Shown in pieces: positions 57,174 to 64,000 of a DNA stretch of 64,000 nt. Source of the DNA: Eledone cirrhosa (Eukaryota). The stretch covers positions 23,622,001 through 23,686,000 of the forward strand of contig OZ024742.1 in assembly GCA_964016885.1 (NCBI GenBank), read 5' to 3'. Every line of letters starts with the position of its first letter. Within the stretch, counting starts at the first letter, position 1. A program made the position numbers and the translations under genes. The notes beneath the pieces are model-generated. The model ran no database searches. It was not told the DNA's origin and was given only the letters and a program-made list of their open reading frames with translations.

Positions 57174-57760
57174 GTGTGTATGTATATGTATGTATATGAA
57201 TATATTTTTATATATGTGTGTGTGTTTTTATGTGTGTATATGTGTTTTTGTGTGTGTTTATGGTTGCGCGTAAGTGTGTGAGTGAGTATGTTTTTTTGTT
57301 TTTTTGTGAATTCGTCTGTTGATTTTTGGCATATAGTTGATTAGTTTAAGAGAAGTTCGAAGATAATTGTAAGATATGCACTCAGTATTTTGAATCTGTC
57401 TACAGAATTCTCTAGACCTTTGTCACTTAGTAGAACCTTAATGACTTTAGCTTTTAAAGATTCACCCTTTTCTTTAATTCTATCGACCATGACTGACCCC
57501 CCACTGATTTTATAGACATCTGTTAGCTTAAGAGAAACTTAATGACAAGGAATGGTATGCCATCCGGAACCTGTTTATAGAATTCTGTCTGCCCTTGTTA
57601 CTCTAAAAACATAAATAAATAAAAATAAACTATAGCTTTGTAGAATTAGCTTTTAATGAATTCCCTTTTCTATCAACCAATGACCTGCACCCATCCCACT
57701 CCCCACCCTCTCCTACCACTTGTAGAGACCTATAAATACCATTTTTATTTTTTGATACCC

Positions 57761-57800
57761 AGATTCCTGATGATTTCTAATGAATGAAACAGTTCTAGTC
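57761..57800 (+). ncRNA. Hammerhead-like motif in the pseudo-LTR (inverted copies near 51355-51395 and 55362-55402)
   Basis: GATTC-CTGATGA-TTTC taat GAAT-GAAA-CAG-TTC-TAGTC; the 55362 copy has CTGAAGA; stems are weak. Confidence 0.45.
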
Positions 57801-57893
57801 CTATAGAATCTCATCTATATTAAAACTTTTATACTCTGCTATGTATTGAGTACCTTACTTACTGTGGTTACCTCCGATTCAACCCGGAATAAC

Positions 57894-58241
<348 letters not shown>

Positions 58242-58272
58242 CAATAATCAAAGTTCAGTTTAAATCATTTAT

Positions 58273-58321
58273 TTACTTACAATTGTTTCCTCCAAACCGA
58301 GGTTTGGATTCTTCGGAGCAA
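58273..58321 (-). ncRNA. Hammerhead, CCGAAGA variant (second copy)
   Basis: Reverse complement of 13081-13129 with one stem I change (G-C to G-U). Confidence 0.72.
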
Positions 58322-58491
58322 CTATTTAGTGATCTATAACATACTTGACCTCCTTTTCAACACAAGAGACATATAAAAACATATGCATATATTGACCCAC
58401 AGTGGGATAACATCCATCATAATGATATAGCATGGCAATTTACATATAAAGGTTAAAGGATTAAAATAAGAATAAAATAAGAATATATATT

Positions 58492-58525
<34 letters not shown>

Positions 58526-58573
58526 TGGCAATTTACATATAAAGGTTAAAGGATTAAAATAAGAATAAAAAAA

Positions 58574-58608
<35 letters not shown>

Positions 58609-58638
58609 TATATATATACACATGTATGTATATATATT

Positions 58639-58725
<87 letters not shown>

Positions 58726-58752
58726 ATATATATATATGTATGTATATATATT

Positions 58753-58834
<82 letters not shown>

Positions 58835-59194
58835 TACATACATATATATGTGTATGTATATAAGTATGTATATAAGTCTAAAGTCTGTCGAGAGCCAAGA
58901 AACTCATCATGTCGGTGCTTATCTGGGTTGCTGTGGCCTGAAACGACTGACAGTAAAAGACACCCCTCTGGACATCTGGATAGGACGTCAGTCCATTTCA
59001 AGGTCAACCACCCAGCTATTGGTGGTAATTATTTACAGGTAAGTTTATTGGAGCAACGTGAAATGAAGTATTTTAGTCAAGAACATACTCAACAGTCAAG
59101 AAACTGAACTCAAGACACTAGAATCGTAAGTCGAACACTCTTAGCGAGAGGCGACGCGCCTCGACTTGTGTGTGTGTGTATATATATATCTATA

Positions 59195-59544
59195 TATAAA
59201 TATAAAGAAAAAAGATGAAATCGAAAATGCAACTGGAGACTTATTTAAAAATATATATATATATTTATTTGGTTCCTTTCCCGGTTTCGAAGTTCTTCTG
59301 CTTTTCAAAAGTAGAGTTGAGATGGAGGGTCACATGTGAGATTAAATAACAGACCCTACATGTCACCTCTACCTTTGAAAAGCAGAAGAACTGCGAAACC
59401 GGTAAAGGAACCAAATAAATATATATATTTTTTTTTAAATAAGACTCCAGTTGCATTTTCGATTTCATCTTTTTTTATTTATACTTTCACTCGTGTAGGA
59501 CACCTCGGATATTTTTCATTTTGTAAAACAAAACTCACTTTCTA

Positions 59545-59545
<1 letters not shown>
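59195..59545 (+). mobile_element. Fold-back PLE-terminus element with hammerhead-like motif at 59372-59408
   Basis: Arms ~59195-59331 and 59352-59484; CCT-TTGAAAA-GCAG aagaa CTGC-GAAA-CCGG-TA-AAGG followed by AATAAA; TA-flanked. Confidence 0.7.
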
Positions 59546-59630
<85 letters not shown>

Positions 59631-59635
<5 letters not shown>

Positions 59636-59878
59636 TTAGAGTTTAATCTCAAAGTCATTTACAATTAATTAGCTCAAAGAAAGAAGCATTTCTGAGCAGT
59701 GAAATACAAGTTAATATATATTAATATATGATAAACACATACGTGTTTGTATTGCAATACAAACACGTATGTGTTTATCATATATTAATATATATTAACT
59801 TGTATTTCACTGCTCAGAAATGCTTCTTTCTTTGAGCTAATTAATTGTAAATGACTTTGAGTTTAAACTCTAAATATA
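59631..59878. repeat. ~248-bp near-perfect palindrome without spacer, within (TA)n
   Basis: Centre GTATTGCAATAC (~59749-59760); the arms differ by about one base. Confidence 0.92.
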
Positions 59879-59911
<33 letters not shown>

Positions 59912-60362
59912 TACATATATGAATGCCTTATATGGTTACCCCTAATGTGGTTGCCCTCAATTGAGCCCGGGATAATAATAATAATAATAATAATAACATA
60001 TATAAGAATTACTCTAATAATTATAACTCAAACACACATACGCTAAATAAATCGAGAATACGAACTAGATCTAAACCTGTCATATGGTTCGCACCCCCAA
60101 CCTCGGTCGCAGTTAAAACACCAATTGTAAAACTCGTCTTTAAAGCTCTTGGCACCTCTTTCCCTACTCAACATAAATACCATTCCAGTTTTAATAGACA
60201 TACCATTAAATTCGCCAATTCTACAACCAGTAACATGGCCCAAAACATCGCCAAATTAAACGCCAAAATCCTAAAACCAAACCAACATAATGACATAATA
60301 ATAGAGTTAACATTAATGATACTAAACCAAAATGTAATTGTAGAAATAAAACTAATAGCCCT

Positions 60363-60794
60363 TTGCAAAATAATTGTTTAGATAGTAATTTGGTTTATAA
60401 ATGCACCGTAAAAGCTGATCACAAACCATACAATTACATTGGATCAACCTCGTTCGCATTCAAAGCTTGTTTTGCGAACCATAAATGCTCATTCTCGAAC
60501 TCTAAGAGGAAATCATCCACGTCTTTATCACAGCTCATATGGTGTTTAAAAGAGAAGAATTTAAAATACTCCATACTTTGGACAAAACTTCGGAACTGTG
60601 GAATTTACGGCAACTCTATTATATCAAATAACTGTCCGCTCTGTACAATGGAGACCCTGTTGATTATTAATATTTATGAGACCCTAATTAACATAAAAAG
60701 TGAATTATTCTCTAGTTGCCTCCATAAAGCTACGTCCACTTTTTTAGCCTCACATAAAACGAGAAAGAAAGAAACAATTACACCAAACCAATAA
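60363..60794 (+). pseudogene. PLE GIY-YIG endonuclease domain
   Basis: CLDSNLVYKCTV..YNYIGSTS..FK..F.NH..SF, TSLSQLIW.LK, CPLC.ME, IN.KSELFSSCLH. Confidence 0.85.
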
Positions 60795-62412
60795 CAACTC
60801 GGTTACCAGGAATATATAATCAACAGTAAAAAACATTAATGGCCTTTAATATTGCTTTATTTTATAACTATCTATAGAAGAAACAACGCTAGAATGAATG
60901 ACAATATTTCAATTAACATGCCTAAACATTGATACACACAACATTATTTGTTAACTTTGATCAATACCATCATTCTTTATCTCCTTATTTCTATCAATCT
61001 TCCTATCTATGCTTATAATTTAGTATAATACCTAATCCTTACATATGTACAGAATTTATTTAACTGTGAATTTTTAATACATTTGTGATCTCTTTTAAAT
61101 TTTAGTTTAATACCCAATCCATAAAGTTTTATGAAACTTATCTATAACTCTAAATTTTTAATGACTTTTTGATCTATTATTTATAGTATAATATAGCATA
61201 TATTTCTTTTAAATATATTTACTGCGCTATAAAATCTAAAATTTGAGGATTCAAACTTATATATAAATGTGAATTTTTCGCTGCGCTTTCGATCTCTTAT
61301 TTATTTATAATATAATGTATTATAATATGTATGTAGTTATATATCATATTTTATATATTTTTAAATATTTTAAAATATACCTACCACATTTCTATATATA
61401 TGATTCAAATATAGAGAAAATATCCAAACTAAAAATTATTATAGACATTATTTTGAACTCTGTATTATCCATGCACTCATTGTTGTTTTTCTAATATATA
61501 TATATCTATTTAAATGTGATACGTTGATAACATTATAACTGTTATCATTTGCCTAAAGTATACTACACTAACAATACCTAATAATATCTATATATATACA
61601 TCCCTGTATCTAATAATATGTTGATACCTTGGTTGAAGAATAATTAGTGCATTTACACCCAGTTATACATAGGTATATATTTATCCTTAACATCCTTCAA
61701 TATATTATCTTATTTTATTTTTATCTTCGTCGTTATTATTTACCTTAAACATACTGGCTCATTAATATATACCTATATACATAATAGTTATTTAAATATT
61801 TATAACAATAAGTACTTCAAAAGCTTTACATACCTAATATGTTGGTATATTTGTTAAAGTTTGAATTTAGGTAAATAATCAACAGTATAATATTTCATTC
61901 TTTATGTGCCAGCTAAATCCTTTAAATGTTACCCTCATAAAATTCAGAAGTTTAGAAATGATAACACACTTATCATATTTATATAAATAATATATAAATA
62001 ACCAGCAAATAATCCTGAAATCTGAAGTCTTAACCCTAATATTATAAATTAAATATTTTCAAATTTAACCGTTTAACTTTCGAATAAATCTCCTTCTGCA
62101 TATATCACCCCCCCTACACACACGCACACACTTTATTTTTCCCTCTTTATAAATCCTTTTCCAGTGTCTATCACTGGCTGTTATGATTCATGAGACGTTT
62201 TCCTAGATATATCGTAGTATCATACACTTTAAAACTTTTAGAACAGTTGCAGTATGCAACGTTTTTTTATTACTCACACATTCTCTAATGAATTTATTAC
62301 GTTTTTGCATTTTCTCATAAATAGGATATAAGTAAAATTTTCTCTTGGGTTAATCACTACCTTGATTAAATCTTAACCATTTAACATCTCAGAGTATGTC
62401 ATGTATCATTAT

Positions 62413-62465
62413 ATTTTGTCTGATGAGGACGTAATGTTGTACATCCGAAATATGTATAATAAAAT
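62413..62465 (+). ncRNA. Minimal type I hammerhead ribozyme
   Basis: ATTTTGT-CTGATGA-GGAcGTA atgttg TACaTCC-GAAA-TATGTA-TA-ATAAAAT. Confidence 0.72.
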
Positions 62466-62605
62466 GTAATTGATCAAAAGAACATCTATTTTATTAATAC
62501 TTATATTTTAATATATATATATATATTACGTGTATGAATGCCTAAGTTTCTATATGTCTTTGTATATTGGGGTGTATGTATATAAGCGTGTGTGTGTGTG
62601 TGTGT

Positions 62606-62647
<42 letters not shown>

Positions 62648-62992
62648 GTGTATGTATGTGTGTGTGCGCGCGTGTGTGTGTATGTGTGTGTGTGTATGTG
62701 TGTGTGTGTGTGTGTGTGTGCTTGTATTGAACATCCTGATACCTATCTTTCATCATCCATTTTAATTCCGCCAACCATTGTCCTAAACCTATTGTAAAGT
62801 CATGATAAATGCTGTGGAAACTCTCCAACAGTTTCAGTCACTTGAAAAGTGTAAAGCATTATCAACTCTTTAATTCTGACTTAATGTTGGCATCATCTTC
62901 TTTCACCCAAGTAATCATTCTCCTGTAAATTATTCGATCTTGGCACTCTTTTCTTTCATGTTTGTGTATATACATTTCTTTCTGAGAATATG

Positions 62993-63070
62993 AGCACAGC
63001 ATAGCCGAATAGCTAAGTCATTCTCTTCGCTATCATTAGGTCTCGGGTTCGAGCCCACTCTGTGTGCCAT
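62993..63070 (+). mobile_element. Decayed tRNA-derived SINE head (second family)
   Basis: A-box-like TAGCCGAATAG and B-box GGTTCGAGCCC; no convincing cloverleaf. Confidence 0.45.
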
Positions 63071-63329
63071 CCTTGTCAAACAAATCCTTGTAAGTAAAAC
63101 CAACCCTTCACCCTCTCCAGTGATAAAACTATAGAAGTATTAGAATCAAAAATTGCAACACGCCTGTGCATTATTGTATTTTAGAAGGGAGCTTTAATAA
63201 TATATACGCCCAACCTGTCTTACGCTATCTCCCTTCCTAGATTTCCCAACGCTTCATTGTAATTTGTCTCGTTGTCTAAACACTGGACTTGTAGTCTCTA
63301 TTCTTTCCTATTTTTCTATTTCTCTCCTT

Positions 63330-63453
<124 letters not shown>

Positions 63454-63712
63454 ATATATAGATTCACAGAAACCTACCGGAGTTATTGCTTAATATCGAC
63501 GCGATGGTCCAGGTTTGTCAAATTATCCTGAGTTGGTTTTCTCATTGCTCTGCTCCTTGCGTGACCTACCGGTCACAATCTTCAATTTGCCAAGCTGTCT
63601 AATCGTAATGTTATTACTCTAAGGTAAATTAACTTATTGAGTGCTTAGCTTCACATTCCGATTGCATTCGTTAGCTTAGCTGCAGCCAGAGCTTCCATTA
63701 TGCTGAACTTCC

Positions 63713-63835
<123 letters not shown>

Positions 63836-64000
63836 TGTGTGCACGCATCTTTCCCTTAACTTACAATCTGAGTCAATAACTCAAATTACTTCCTCAGTGA
63901 AACACCTGTATTCCACATACTTGAATTTTACCAGATTTTGTATATATATATATATTGAGTGGAACCAGTTTAGATTAGTAAGGCCATTGTTCAGGTAAGT

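Larger units (their letters stand above)
60000..62510 (+). mobile_element. Old PLE remnant: GIY-YIG region, long AT-rich 3' region, terminal hammerhead, then (TA)n
   Basis: Endonuclease ORF at 60363-60794, hammerhead at 62413 and AATAAA on the same strand; continuity between them is inferred. Confidence 0.6.

Noticed and set aside
62993-63070. tRNA gene
   Set aside because: Pol III boxes are present, but the acceptor and anticodon stems do not form; a SINE head is more likely.
63930-64000. Host exon ending in CAG|GTAAGT
   Set aside because: A consensus donor at the window edge, but the candidate exon contains a TA run and has no recognisable coding signal; it cannot be supported without transcripts.

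Overview
AT-rich, repeat-saturated animal genomic DNA with no recognisable host protein-coding gene, so probably intergenic or intronic. The tRNA-headed SINE family and the (TA)n/(TG)n load suggest an octopod cephalopod (inference). It contains two tandem 5'-truncated R4/Dong-like RLE retrotransposons in (TAA)n, a near full-length decayed L1/Tx1-like LINE, and several Penelope-like elements (PLE, Naiad-type RT/GIY-YIG). There are also RTE and CR1 fragments, a non-autonomous Helitron, hAT and mariner-type MITEs, about 20 SINE copies and a 5.2-kb 20-bp satellite with higher-order structure. The main hidden signal is about 10 sequence-unrelated short elements next to (TA)n tracts. Most are fold-back (inverted) duplications carrying a minimal type I hammerhead ribozyme motif with a palindromic stem III. 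Some have atypical cores (CCGAAGA, TTGAAAA) or very long stem II inserts. One hammerhead-like motif is broken inside stem III and fused directly to the satellite. Almost all long ORFs in the supplied track are artefacts of simple repeats. All structures were read by eye and coordinates are approximate.
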